A DNA stretch of 64,000 nucleotides from Stegostoma tigrinum (GCF_030684315.1 NC_081356.1:8072362-8136361); one strand, 5' to 3'. Counted from the first letter of the stretch, positions 37,443 to 51,399 are shown. Notes: generated by a model from the sequence alone, not told the origin. A program made the numbers and translations.

Positions 37443-38781
37443 TTCAACAACCGTTGCATCTCCCTGGCGCAATGCTCATCCCTGGCACATTAAATAACAA
37501 GGATATCGCCGTCAGTTCCCCACATTTTAATGTTAGCTCTGCCTTCAACAGTATAGTTCCAACCTCCCCACACTCCAAACTCCGAAACGTAGGAGTCTGC
37601 TCTCCTGTCTGAACTGGATCCTCAATTTCTTGACCCACAGACCACAATCAATAAGGATAGGCGATCACACTCCTCCACGTTAATTCTCAATGCTGGTACC
37701 CCAGAAAGCTGGATACTCAGCCCCTTACTATACACCTTATACACTCATGACTGTGTGGCTAAATTCAGCTCTAACTCTGTTTACAAATTTGCTGATGACA
37801 CCACCTTAGTGAGTCGGATCTTAAACAATGTTGAGAGAGTGCAGGAAAGTTAGAGAGCTTAATGGTATGGTGTTAAGACAGCAATCTCTTCCTGAATGCC
37901 AGCAAAACGGACCAACTGCTCATCAACTTCAGGAAGCAGAGTGGCGGACACATCCCTGTTCAGTAAGAATCAGCAACAATCTGTCTTGGTCCATCCACAT
38001 TGTTGCTATGGTCAAGGAAGTACACCAACACCTCTAATCCCTCAGAAGGCTAAGGAAATCTGACATCTCCACAACGAATCTTACCAATTTGCATAGGAGC
38101 ACCACTGAAAACATCCTATCTGGATGCATCATCACAGCTTGGTATGACAACTGCTCTGCCCAAGACCACAAGTAATTACAGAGCTCAGTCCATCGTGCAA
38201 ACCGACCTTCTATCTATTGATAACAAGGTATGGAGCTGGAGGAACACAGCAGGCTAAGCAGCATCGTCGGAGCAGAAGGAGAAGGGTCTAGCCCCGAAGC
38301 GACAGGCTTCCTGCTCCTATGATGCTGCTTGGCCTGCTGTGTTCATCCAGCTCTATACCTTGTTGTCTCAGATTCTCCAGCATCTGCAGTTCCTACATTC
38401 TCCCTTCCGTCCATTGACTCTGTATATATTTCCCGCTGCTTTGAAAAAGCAGCCAACACAATCAGACATCTCCCACTCCAGTTATATTCTCTTCCACCCA
38501 CTTTTGTCAGACAGAAGATACAAATGTATGAAACACGTACCAACAGATTGAAGAACAGCTTCTTCCCCACTGTTATCAGGCTTTTGAATGGACCCCTCAT
38601 TTATCAAAGCTGATCATTCTTTGTACCTTCTCTGTGGGTGTAACACTATATCCTGCATTCTGTTTTATTACCCTGATGTACTTATGTAAGGCATGACTTA
38701 TCTTGATAGCGAGTAAAACAACACTTTTTTCTCTATCTCAACATATGTGACAATAATCAAATCAAGTTAAATTAAATCAAA
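37443..38781 (+). mobile_element. Rex1/Babar-type LINE, 5'-truncated
   Basis: SSAFNSIVP, WILNFLTHRPQS, YTHDCVAKFSSNSVYKFADDTTLV, RTNRLKNSFFPTVIRLLN; (aaatc)n-like tail 38754-38781. Confidence 0.85.
38219..38402. mobile_element. PLE terminal-repeat (family A) fold-back inside Rex1
   Basis: Inverted arms; decayed TSD ccttctatctattga (38206-38220) / ccttccgtccattga (38403-38417). Confidence 0.85.
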
Positions 38782-41700
38782 GTGCATAACTCACACTTTT
38801 CCACACTGTACTCTATCTGCCACTTCTTTTCCCACACTCCTAACCTGTCCAAGTCCTTCAGCAGCCTCTTTGCTTCCTCAATGACACCCATTCCTCCATT
38901 TATCTTTGCGTCATCTGCAAACTTAGCATCGACATCCTCAGTTCATTTGGCCAGATCATTACTGTAATCTGTGAATAGTTGTGATCCCAAAACCGACCCT
39001 TGCAGAACTCCATTTGCCATAGGCTGCCGTCCTGAAAACCCTTGATCTGCTAGAGAGTTTATCCATGCCAGTAACTTCTGCTATGACCATGCACTCTTAT
39101 CTTATTAAGAGGTGTTACATTAGCCATTTTACAGTCCTATTGGACCCTTGCTGAGTACAGTGATTACAGAAAGATCACCACTAGTGTCTCTACAATCTCC
39201 TTAGCTTTCAACTTCTGAACTGTGGGATGTAGTGGTCTGGGAGATCTATCCACCTTTGGACATTTCAGCTTCCTCTGAACCTTCTCCATGGCAATGACCA
39301 TGATACTCACTTCTGCCCTTCTACTCTCTTTTCTGGCATGCTATTGGTATCTTCCCCCTTGATGACTGATGCAGGTTTCCTGGACAGTTCGACCATGTTT
39401 ACTTTGATCTCTGTTACTTCTTCTCCAGCGGTTTGATGTCCACTTTTGCCTTTTCCTTACCTTTCCAATATTTGAAAGACTCTTGCAATCTGCTTTCATA
39501 TGGCTTGCCATCATATTTGATGTTCATCCCCCTTATTACGTTTGTAGTTCCCAATCCTCTCACTTCCCTTTAATCTTCACCACATTACATTCCTTTTGCC
39601 TTTACGTTATCCCTGACTTCCCTTGTCAGCCATGATTGCCTCATCATCCCCTTAGTGTGAATCTTCATCCTTGCAGAAATTTCTGCTGTGTCTCCTGAAT
39701 TACCCCCAGAAACGTCTGCCATTGGTGCTGCACAGTCCTCCCTGCTAGGGTCCCCTTCCAATCGTCTCTGGCCAGCTCCTCTCATGTGTCTTTGTAGTTA
39801 CCTTGACACAATTGTAATGCTATTACATCTCATTCCAGCTTCTCCCTCTCAAACTGCAGGGTCAATTCTATCGCACTGTTGCCACTTTGTTCCTTAAGGG
39901 TTCCGTTACCTTATGTTCCCTAACCAAGTTTGCCTCTTTACACATCACCAGATCCAGTATAGCCTGTTCCTTGGTGGGCTCTACACACAAGCTGCTCCAA
40001 AAATCCATCTGTTAGACATTCCATGAATTCCTTTTCTTAGATTCGCTACCAGCTTAATATTTCCAGTTCACCTGCATATTGAAGTCCCACACGATTTTTG
40101 CAATAATGCCATTCTGACACACCTTTTCTATCACCTGTTTCATTTTCTGCCTGCTATCCTGACCACCGCTTAGAGGCTTATAAATAACACCCATCAGGAT
40201 CTTCTTGTTTATCCTTTGAGGTTCCTCAACTCAACCCACACAGATTCTGTACCTCTTCTTACTCTATATTACTTCTGGCTATCAAGTTAAGTGAATTTCT
40301 TAATATCAAGGCAACCCCATCCCTTTTCCCATCTGTCTGCCCTCTTGGTAGGACACGTATCTTTCGATATTTCATTCCTAGCCTTGATACCCTTGTAGCC
40401 ATATCTCTGTGAGTCTGCATCATCGTACCTGCTACAAGCTCATTTACCTTGTTTCATGTACATGCATTTACGTATTACATCTTTAGCCTTGTGTTGACTT
40501 TCCCACTCTCATAGTTGTCCCCTTTTCTGTGGCACCTGATGATAGACTCCTGAGTTTTTCCATGCTCTCTGTCCCATTACTTGTTCGAGAAATATTAATA
40601 ACCTCTCCTGAACACTCCCCCCTTCACCTTTAACTTTTTACCATAATTTTCCCTGCAACTGCACTCACTCCCTAAACACAGTTCTAGTTATATGATTCAC
40701 CAGGACTCTGGTCCCAGCATGATTCAGGTGGAGCCTGTCCCATTGGAACGGCTCCCTCCTTCCCAAGAATTGGTGCCAGTGTCATGAGACTTTGAGCCCA
40801 TTTCTCCCACAACAATCTTTGAGCCATGCATTTACATTTTAATCTCATTGGCTGTGTATCAATTAGGTCATGGTTGAGGAGTAAGTCAGAAATTATTATC
40901 TTTTTGGTTCTGATTTTTAATTTAGCCCCTAGCCACTCATATTCCCTCAGCAGAACTTCTTTCTGCACATATCATTGGCACCCAAATGGACCACAACAAT
41001 TGGATCTTTCCCCTCTCGCTCCAGGTTCCTCTGAGGTGAGTTATCCTGAACCCGGGCACTGGGCAGGTAACACATCCAGTGAGTTTCTTGATTCTGCCTG
41101 AAAGAGAGCCAATTACAACTACATTTCTCTTTTCTCCTCCTTCTTGAATGCCCCCCTGAACAATACTGCTATGATCAGTTTGTTCATCCTCTCTACAGAC
41201 CCTGCTCTCATCCACACAGAGAGCAAAAATCACAAACCTGTCAGACAAACTCCCTCAGCCCCTTCTGGATCTCTCTCCCTGCTTAGCTCATAGTCACACT
41301 CTCCTGCCCCTGACCACTGACCGAATTTGAGGCAGTTCAGGGTTGTAACTGCCTCCTGAAACATTTCATTCAGGTAACTCTGCTCCTCCTCCCATGATTT
41401 TTCACAATCCCCAAAGCTCAGACTGTGAGCTTGAGTTCATCAAGCAGTTGTCACTGTGAACCACAATGGGGTCCACCAGCTCCTACATCATGTAGGCACA
41501 ACACATCGCCTGGCCCGGCATCTCTATTTTGTTTAATTTTTTCTTAATTTGATTGATTTTTTTATTTCCTACCTGTCTTTTAGTTTGTAACTTGCAAACA
41601 TTTCCCCTATTTACCTACTATCTGAAAGTAACCATAATTGATAGTCAAATTAGTAGCTGCTACCAACCAATTAACTTATGGTTTTCCTGTGATGTCACTA

Positions 41701-42017
41701 TTTCTTTTCTACTGGGCTCGAATCCTGGGCCTCGTTTTATCTTAGAGAAAGACTTTACAGGCTGTGAACCAAAAGAGCAAGCAGAAAGTACCTCTTTCTG
41801 TCCGCACCAAATTTTGAAGCTGCCTCTAAATTATCCAAGTGATCCAAACTACATTGTCAGTGGGGATGTGTCTCACTTGAGATGTGATTTTTCTTCCTGA
41901 CATGCACAGCTTATTAATCATTTTAGTGTGTTAGGATTCCTCTTTAAATGTTAATGGTCTCTAACACACACAAGTGGCTCAAGCCAATCCAAGATAAAGC
42001 AACTCACTTTATTGGCA

Positions 42018-42154
42018 ATAAAAATAGAAAGCTGCAGATACTGTAAATCAGTAACAAAAGCAGAAATAGCTGGTAAAGCTCAGTATGTCTGGCAGCATCT
42101 GTAAAGAGTAATCAGAGTTAATGTTTCTGGTCGAGTGACCCTTCGTCAGAGCTG
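42018..42154 (-). mobile_element. PLE terminal-repeat (family B) single copy
   Basis: Minus strand ctgacgaagggtcactcgaccagaaacattaactctg (hammerhead-like) plus family B body. Confidence 0.8.
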
Positions 42155-43202
42155 CACTTTAGGGGTACCCGATTTATCACTGAAATATTCACTCCCTGCA
42201 CCACTGACACATAGTTGCATCGGTGTGCCATATACATGATGCATTGCACAAACCTCCCAAGCTGTGACTTATGGTATCTTAGAAGAACAAGAACAGCAGG
42301 TGTATACATTCATTACCACCAGCAATTTCCTCTCCAAGCTATGGACAATCCTTCCTTGGAGCCAAAATTGTCATTCCTTCAACGTTGCTGAATCAAACCC
42401 TGAAACCTCTTCCATAATGGCACTCTGGATGCACGTATAACATATAGACACTGATTGTTGAAAGCTGTGATGCGTGGCCACCTTCACAAAGGATGAGCTA
42501 TAAGTACTAGCCTTGTCAATGATGCTCATATCATATGAATAAAGGAAAAAAATCCTCATTATAATGAATGCCAATGTTCTTTAAATGCCTTTGGTTCCAT
42601 TGCCTTTTCGTGCAAATAACATTTTACCTCCCAATTTAAAACAAGAAATTAAATTATGGTGTGAGTTTACTGTGTATTTGATCAATGGAATCTGATTTGA
42701 TTAATTATATTCACATTGAATGCCAATTGCTTTCTGTTAATTAAAGTGTAAATCTAATTGAACTGTTGAAACATTTGTAATAATGCCATATTTGAAAGCA
42801 TGCATGGTGTCATATGAGATACTAAGTATTACCCATTCACATTAATTAATATGTTCATGCCCTTGTGTAACTATAATACAAAACAACTTTCTGACATCGA
42901 TTTTTCTTGGTGAATATATTACCATTCCGTAATGTGCAGTTATATCTTTACTATATAATGAATATGGAAAGAACCTAATAAAATATTATTCTGAACAGTT
43001 ACCCTGAACTTCTTATTTCTTAAATTTAAAAATAAATTATTACTGAGACTTTGTACTTTTGAAAGTCTGTAATCCTGGACTTTTTAGTTCTTTCTTTTTC
43101 TATTTTTTTTCCAAAAATTTATATCCAAAAATCTGTATGATGGCTCTGCATGGCACCTTGTTAACTAGTCACTGTACTCATGTTAGTACATGCGACTATA
43201 AA

Positions 43203-43749
43203 GGTTCAGCCCCATGTGGAATATTGTGTCCAGTTCTGGTTGCCTCATTACAGGAAAGATGTGGAAGCATTGGAAAAGGTGCGGAGGAGATTTGCCAGGA
43301 TGTTGCCTGGAATGGAGGGAAGGTCTTACGAGGAAAGGTTGTGAGAGTGAGGGCTTTTCTCATTAGAATGACGAAGGATGAGAGGTGACTTGATAGAGGT
43401 GTACAAAATGATCAGAGGTATAGATAGAGTGGATAGCCAGAGACTGTTTCCTAGGGTAGAGGTAGCTATTACGAGGGGCCATACTTTTAAAGTGAGTGGA
43501 GGTAGATATAAGGGAGACTTCAGAGGTAGGTTCTTTCCTCAGAGAGTGGTAGGGGCATGGAATGCATTGCCAGAGAAGGTAGTGAAGTTGGCCTCATTAG
43601 GGACATTAAAGCAGCTATTAGATAGGCATACAGATGATAGCATAAGGTAGGGGTGGAGGTTAGATAGACCTTAGGTTTAGGATAAAAGTTCATCACAACA
43701 TTGTGGACCAAAGGGCCTGTACTGTGCTGTACAGTTCTAAGTTCTATGT
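43203..43749 (+). mobile_element. CR1 LINE 3' portion
   Basis: MRGDLIEVYKMIRGIDRVDSQRLFP...TRGH...FFPQRVVGAWNALP; tail ttctaagttctatgt. Confidence 0.95.
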
Positions 43750-44613
43750 AAAGCTAATTCAATTCAATTCAGCTCAAAATAACTAAGACATATTAAATAC
43801 GTAACTTCAGTTAAGAGGTGTTGATGCTCTGAAATAAATAGCTTTAAAATTTAGACAATGGTTGTGTTGTTGATTTAAATGAAATTTCCAGAATGTTTCA
43901 CAGAAGCATAATCAGAGAATAGATGTTGGTCTAAAATATAGGATTTTAGTTGTGGGAAATTTAAACACCCCAAGCTTTAAATCAGGTCTTAAGGGATCAG
44001 ATGAAAACTAAATGATACAGAGTCAGAGAATTCCAGATGACTGAGATGATAATGATTGTAACTGCAAGCAATTATAATGAAGGAAATGGAGTTGTACATG
44101 TTGATATACAATTTTACAGCAAAGCTTGAGATGTCGAAGAAGGCTCAGTTTTCTATGCAGGTACATCAATGCAGGGAGACAAGGAAGAAAACGAAGTGAA
44201 CCCAACTCATTCTGGTATTGTTATAGATCTGAACAAAAGATAATGACATGATGCACGACTGACTGGTCAAAACAAAGTGTCCTCATTTGAACATCAGTTA
44301 ATCCCACTCCTCAGCTGACACTATCAACCTGCCAAATTGTCTCATCTTATCTGAGCAAGCTAGCCGTTAATTAAGAGATAGAGCAACAAATTATTCCAGG
44401 TTTTAATATATAAATGTAAGAATATGTGATACTACAGAACTCATTACAAACTTTTAGGTAAATCAGAATGAATGTGTCTGAAAGGAAAAGGGAGGAAGGG
44501 ACGGTTTGAAATGAGTCACAAAATTGACATACAGTTCATCACGCTGTTACCTACATGGCTAACTTTTCTAATTTGTCAACATAAGCAATACATTGTAATA
44601 TATAAATGAAAAT

Positions 44614-46358
44614 TAGGTTGTCGGCTTGCTCGCCAAACTGGCTGGTTATCATACAGATGTTTCGTCACTATATTAGGTAACATCAGCAGTGCAGCTTCTG
44701 GAGAAGCAACATTGTTCTACTCCACATGGTAACTATAAGATCTGGTTTGTTGAATTGGATTGTGTCATTTCTGGTTCTGTTCTGCATGGATTTGTATCTG
44801 GGGTTTAATTTCACATTTGTTGATTGCACTATAGGTTGAAAACCAGGCCTCTAGGAATTCCCGTATGTGTCTATGATTGGTTTGAACTAGGATGGTCACT
44901 TTGTCCTAGTTAAATTGATGGCCTTCATGTTCCGAGTGCTCTGAGATGGGGGAAAGTTTGTTGTGTTGTTTTGCTACTTGCTGGTGTTTGTGTATCTTGA
45001 TGGCTAATTTCTGTCTTCAAATGGAAGTTGATTGTCGTCTTCTTCTTCTCTCAAAAATTTAATCCCGATGAAAACTTTGTTGATAAGATGGCGTGTCTCT
45101 TCTAACTTGCTGTGTTTAATTTTGACAAATGTGTTGTCGATGTATTGGATCCACAGTTTTGGCTGTATGATGGGGAGGGTAGTGCATTCCAGTCTTTGTA
45201 TGACCACCTCTGCAATAAGTCCTGAGATGAGTGACCCCATGGGTGTGCCATTGATTTGTTTGCACATTTGGCTGTTGAAGATGAAGTGTGTGGTGAGGCA
45301 TAGGCCCAGTAGTCTGAGATCCAAGACTGTGGGTCCAATACATGGACAAACACGTTTGTCATCATTAAATGCACCAACTTAGAAGAGGCACGCCATATTC
45401 ATCAACAACATTTTCACTGGGTTCAAACTCACAAGCGGAGAGGAAAACGCCAATCAACTTCTGGCCCTAGACATCACAGTAAAACAAATAACCAATGGGG
45501 AGTTCCAAATCACAGTACACAGGAAAGCAAACAACACTGACCAAATCCTCAATTTTCACAGCAATCACCCCAAACAAAGCTGTTTTAGGACATGATTCAA
45601 AAGAGCCGCAATGTACTACAACAAGCCAGAACTATATAGGAAGGAGGAATAGTGCCAACAATGGACATCCTAACAACTTCATTCACAAGTGCCTTCTAGG
45701 TAGATAACACCAAGACAACAAAGTACGCCCCAAAACATTGGCTACATTACCTGACATCAAGAACACATCAGAACTGACAAGGCTCCTGTGACCACGAGGA
45801 ATCATGGTACCACAAACCCACAGCTACACTATAATAAAGACTCACAAGGATCAACGACCCCATACCCTAGACATGCAGGATGAAGATAGTTTACAAAATA
45901 CCTTGCAATGCCTGCAACAAAGACTACATCGGCGAGACCAGAAGGAAACTAACCAGCAGGACACACAAATACCAGCTAACAGCAAAACAGCACGATGAAC
46001 TTACTCACATCACAGTGTACTTAGACAATGAAGGCCAAAAATTTAGCTTGGACAACATGACCATCTCAGCTCAAGCCAATCACAGACATGCAAGATAATT
46101 CCTAGTGGCCTGGTTTTCAACTCATAATGCAATCAACAAACATGTGGAATCAGACCTCACAAACAAAGCTGTGCAGAACAGAACCAAAAATGACACACCC
46201 CAACTTAACAGACTGAATCATATAAATTCCAAGCAGAGTAGAACAACATTGTTTCATCGGAAGTCCCACTGATCATGTTACTTAGCATGGTGACAAAACA
46301 TCTGAACAGCAACCAGCCAGCTCGGTGAGCAAGCCAACAATCTCAGCCACAACCTCAG
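44614..46358. mobile_element. Degenerate Penelope/Poseidon-type PLE with two oppositely oriented RT/GIY-YIG segments
   Basis: Minus segment 44614-45320 (KQINGTPMGSLISGLIAEVVIQRLE...WIQYIDNTFV); plus segment 45321-46358 (RT C-terminus, GIY-YIG IVYKIPCNACNKDYIGETRRKL); inverted terminal repeats; 13-bp TSD tataaatgaaaat at 44601-44613 and 46359-46371. Confidence 0.9.
46269..46302 (+). ncRNA. Decayed hammerhead motif in the Poseidon-type terminal repeat
   Basis: ctgatcatgttacttagcatggtgacaaaacatc; its mirror at 44656-44689 (minus) reads ctgctgatgttacctaatatagtgacgaaacatc; consensus CUGAUGA-U-GUUACC...GGUGAC-GAAAC. Confidence 0.65.
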
Positions 46359-46771
46359 TATAAATGAAAATAGAATACTTCAAACTCTGAAACTATAACT
46401 TTTATAATTTTTTTCTATGCAATACATTTTTTCTTTAATGTAAATCCTTTCAAACATGACACTTGGAAATCTAAATAGGAATGCCCCCCAGAATTGGGCA
46501 AGATGCACAACATTTCCAAAACTATTTGTAGTAGCATAGACAGAGATTGCCGGAAATGCTCAGTGGGTCTGGCGGCAACTGTGGAGATAATTTGCAGTCA
46601 GCATTTTGGGTCAAGTGACTGTTCCTCGGAGCCTAGTTGTAGTAATGCAGGCAATCCCCATGCTGTCTACTCATTTTGATGGTTGTGGTTTATAGCCCAG
46701 TCCTGAACATGTTGTTGACAGTGCCTGTATGTCTCAACGATCCCATATTTTTGTAAGATAGATATTACATG

Positions 46772-46864
46772 TAATAAAATGTGAGGCTGGATGAACACAG
46801 CAGGCCAAGCAGCATCTCAGGAGCACAAAAGCTGACGTTTCGGGCCTAGACCCTTCATCAGAGG
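46772..46864 (-). mobile_element. PLE terminal-repeat (family A, young) single tailless copy with intact hammerhead core (46834-46861)
   Basis: Identical to the matching part of the 25685-25818 arm; TSD attacatgta at 46764-46773 and 46865-46874. Confidence 0.95.
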
Positions 46865-47007
46865 ATTACATGTAGCTAGCTTGCACTAGTTAAATGCCAT
46901 CTTATATAGGATGGTAGTTAATGGATTATATTAATGAATAGATCTGTCATCAATAATGTCTGATTTCCAGTTATACTTTGCATTTGAAATAAGCCAACAT
47001 GGTTCTA

Positions 47008-47150
47008 GTAATAAAAAAAAACCAAGGGCTATGGGTGTTAGAAATCAAAAACACAAACAGAAAATGCTGGAAAAACTCAGCAGGTCTGGCAGCATTTGTG
47101 GACAGAAAGCAAAGGTAATGTTTTGGGTCCAGTGACTCTTCTTCAGAACT
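47008..47150 (-). mobile_element. PLE terminal-repeat (family B) single copy
   Basis: aaacagaaaatgctggaaaaactcagcaggtctggcagcat...gggtccagtgactcttcttcagaact. Confidence 0.8.
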
Positions 47151-50100
47151 GTAATAGTTCTGATAATAGCCTCTTTCATGCATATAGGACAGGTTGTGAA
47201 TAAAAGGCACCTGATCATCAGTAAGAAGATTGATGTACATCACTCTGAACAACCTCAATTTTACATCATCGCTCGTGCCTTTTAAAGGCAAAATGTAATC
47301 TGGCCTCAGCAGGGGTTAAAACAGTTTGGAGAAGTTTGAGAGATCTAGTAGAAGGATCAGGAATAATGTAACAGTACAGAGAGCATGCTCTGAAGTTAAT
47401 TGTTGCTGGTGGTTTTCGTGGAAGAGGTATTCAGGGAGAAAAAGAGGTTCACTTCCATCCAGAGAGAAGATCAGTGCTGAGAAGGCAGGCGGAGAATGCA
47501 TGCTGCTCAGTCAACGTCATCTCAAGCTGAGAATCATGATACTGTGCTGGCACATTTAATTATCCTGCATACCAAATCCTATCAAATGCACCACTAGCCT
47601 CACGCATGTGCCCCAGCCACCATATTCCCTCCAGCAGCCAACCAACAGTCAATGCCAACCATTACTCACACCTCTCATTCATATGCTTCATCTTACGTAG
47701 CAATGCTAGGAGCTGCACACTCACATCTCACAGCCCTCACACATTGCCAGCTGGTCAGGTGGGTAGACATTGCTGAAAGAGATTGCACTGATTTCTCCTC
47801 TTTCACAGAATGCATTATCCTATAAGAAGGGACATTAGCAGCTAACCAGCATGTGATAGGCATGACCATATATACTGAGGTGGTAGTGCTGGGAGTGATA
47901 GGAGTGAATGCCACTAAGGTTATGAAAGGCAGCTTAGGTCATCAATAGACATTGAATTAATATTCTTAGCCACTCTATGTAACCAGCATGCAATTTGGTG
48001 TGATTAAGCTACAGCATAACAAGATTGCATTTGTAAATACTATTACAAGAAGCTGATTTGCAGATGCATTTGAAACAAAGCAGATATGAGTGTATGCGAT
48101 GGACAAACCATTTGCAGTTAGGGTGTGGGGAACCATTTGCACAAACTTACAGGAGTATGTTACTGGAAGATATGTCAAATAGATTACCAAATTGCATTGA
48201 CCATTATTTGCGGTTCTGGAGTAAAATTGTATAAGATGACACTTTGTTTGCACAAGGGCAGAGTGCATTCGACACAACCCTGTGTGGAGTGTCCAAAATG
48301 CTCCTCCCTGTTGTTGTTGCTTGAATAAACAGCAACTTGTGTGAACTCTGCTGCCTGCTGAAATTTAGCCCTGGCCGGATTGTTCCTACAGGTTGTCATC
48401 AGTAGCATTGCTACAGTCATGGATGATGATGATATGTTACTGTCTAATGTATATTTTCAAATCTCAGTCCATGACGTCCGGCAATCTGGTATGGTGCACA
48501 ACCTGCACATGATGAAACCATGCACCATGTGTTTGTACCTGCCCCATACTGTCACTCCAACTCTTCCTTTGTTCAGTTATACCCAAGATGTTCAGGAAAA
48601 GCAGCTCAGATGGCCGTTTTTTCCCCAGTGAGATGCCTGGAGGGGGTGAAGACGGAGGATGAAGAAACATCATCATTTGATCTGATAAGTGCAGCCTTCA
48701 AAAGGCACACTAGCACAGTCCATATATTAAACAGCAGCACAGTATAGAGATAGGGTGTGCGTGTGATGAGTCACTGCGCATTCGAATGGGCTGCAGTCAG
48801 GCCAGAGGGCTTGACACTCATAGGTGGAGAGCACTTGCTGATGGATCCTTGTGCAGAGGATTCAGGTGAGAATATTGAAGGGGATGATGTGAAGAAATAC
48901 GTAGTGCATTGGCAGGCTTGCTGGAAAGTCTGCAGTCATTGCCAAATCTCATAAAGGAATCATTTGGCAAAGGGCATCACAGAGACCCTTGAATCCCAGG
49001 ATCTGAAACAAAACCAGAAAGTGCTTGAAATACAAAACGGGTCTAACAGCAGCTGCAGAGGAAAATAAATTTGATTCCTACTCCTGATTTTCTTATCTGT
49101 CAACTTCTGGCACAATTCCAGCCATTTTTGGGAGGCAAAATACAGCCTTATAGACTTAGATATTTACTGCACAGAAAGAAACCATTTGGCTCATTGTGTC
49201 TATACTAGTCAACAAAGATTTGACTATATTAAACTCACATTGCAGCTCTTGGTTCTCCTGTGACACTTTGAGTTTGTTAACCCAGCTTCACCATCATCTG
49301 TCTCTGCCTGGGACCTCTCCACTGTCACTACTCCCTTTAAGCTCACTTCCACAGCTCTTGAGTCTCCTACAGCTCCCCTGCCTGTCTGTCTGATTCTGGG
49401 ACCTCTCTTCAACTCCTTGTTGCTCAATCATTCAGGTGGCTAAAGGGAAAAAAATTATATCTGGCTGTTTGGGAAAAGCCTTTTCAATTACCATAGCACG
49501 TTGGTTTCTGTAGCTGGAATTTTGGGTACATTTTGCTATGTTATATGCCTGATATTACTTCAACATTTTCACATTTTACTGGAAGCTGGCAGATTTTGTT
49601 TGAAGAGTAGCAGTCCAGATGATTAGCATTTGCAACTTGTTACATATATTGGCTGAATGAATCTGAGATAAGCACAGTAAATTTTACAGGAAACACATTA
49701 ATTAAACAAAATACTAGTTATAACCCAAGCATACATTTAATTGTAATAGGAAACAATTTTGGAAAGCATTGTTTACTCAGCCTAATAATTAGACCCTTCA
49801 CACTGGTGATTAACATCATGCCATGTTTATTCCTATTATTTGTATTTCTTCACTTTCTCTATGATCGCCCCATAATTTTTTTATTATTTCATACAACGTA
49901 ATGATCATCATGATTTAATTTGACAAACACTAATACAAACTTTTGGGTTCTCTGCTGTTTCGCTTTCAGCTACTGTAAATTATTGGTGGCTCAATGACAG
50001 AATCTCTCAAATGCCTTTCCAGATGCACAGTTAACTCTGCTGACTGGTGTTGATCAATTATTAGACCTGAATTAATACCAAAATCATATTTTAATCACAT

Positions 50101-51399
50101 AGCTCGACAATAATAATGGTCTCGCCTATTCATTGCTGATCATGCCTGGGCTCTAGAATGAACAAGTAGGAAGAATTTATGCTGCACATTCCCATCTGTT
50201 CATTGCTGTTCTGTGATCAGGTTGACTGTAAGCTCTGCATGCTAAAACTGACAGCAGATTTAATGCAACTATAAATTTAAAATGAAATGAACAGCTGAAA
50301 GATGAAACAGTTTGGCCTCATTCTCTGCCTGTGGGTAACTATATGGTGTCCGCTGCCTCACTTGGCAATCTTCGCACAATAATTGATGGTACACAGTTAC
50401 CAATTCAAGGAAAGTACGCCAGTTCTATCTCAAACACAGCCAAGCTACTTTGCATGTATTAATATATAATTTGAATATATACTGGAGAGGAGATTTTATT
50501 TTGCATTTATTCAGAGTCTGTGCAAGATACACGGAACTTTAGGAAGAAAATCTATTGATACATCCACCTCACTGTCAAGCAGTTATGTTTCAAAAGTGCT
50601 GAGCAAATTTCAAGCCTTTAATGATTGAAATACATTTTAAAGCAAAAAATTTTAAAGTCCAGCAGTTTCATTAGCTTATGGCTTGCATTGGTGACATTTT
50701 GAATGAAACGTAGAAGCTTGATAAAGCACTCAACAAAGTTTCATAATTGACTCATGTCCTCAAGAAGTTGTCACAATGTTATGAATCCTTTCAGAGCAGC
50801 CTATTGTTAGAAACGGCCCCTCTGTCAAGCTTATAGTAAAAAAATAGAAAATGTAATAGCTTTGTGAATAACTTGATTTTGCCCAAAATCCTCAAAAGTC
50901 ACGGGAAAGTAACACGTACAGCCAGATCTTAAAGCTGTACAATCAATCCAGGAAAAAAAAGTAGGATACAGATCATATTCATGATCTGGGACTGTGGATA
51001 TGATAATATGGAATGAATTATATTCTCAAACTGGCAGAGCACAATGATGATGCTCACCCGTGAAAATTATGGACTTATTTCCATTTACTTCAATGAGTTA
51101 TTCCCAAACTATCTTACTTCCATGTTAATTATGTTTATTCTTAACCATTGACATTGCTACATTTTAACTCAATCTAAACAAATCAAGTGTTATTTCTTGC
51201 CTTTCGATTAGCCATAATAACTCATGGCTACATTTTTCTGCTTCCCCTCATAAGGCTCTGCCTGGTTTTCCCAAGGCAGTTAACCCCCTTGTTACTTAGA
51301 AGGCTTTGCTGCAGGTCTTAATATTTATCCATTATTCTTTGCAAGCTTTCAACCTGTCAACAAGAGAATGGTACAATTTCAAAGGTGGTACATGATGCA

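Larger units (their letters stand above)
36680..41540 (-). mobile_element. Long degraded CR1 LINE including ORF1 remnants, split by a Rex1/Babar insertion
   Basis: 3' end GQTRSQGHSFRVKERPFRIEMNRNFFSQRV (36762-37010); ORF2 remnants 38782-40400; esterase-like ORF1 peptides RNVVVIG and LLREYEWLGAKLKIRTKKIIIS (40684-41248); host sequence ctaccaa|agtgcataac resumes after the insert. Confidence 0.8.

Noticed and set aside
47500-49000. Cluster of short ORFs in slightly GC-richer DNA, possibly a decayed DNA transposon
   Set aside because: No diagnostic motif or terminal repeat could be identified by eye.
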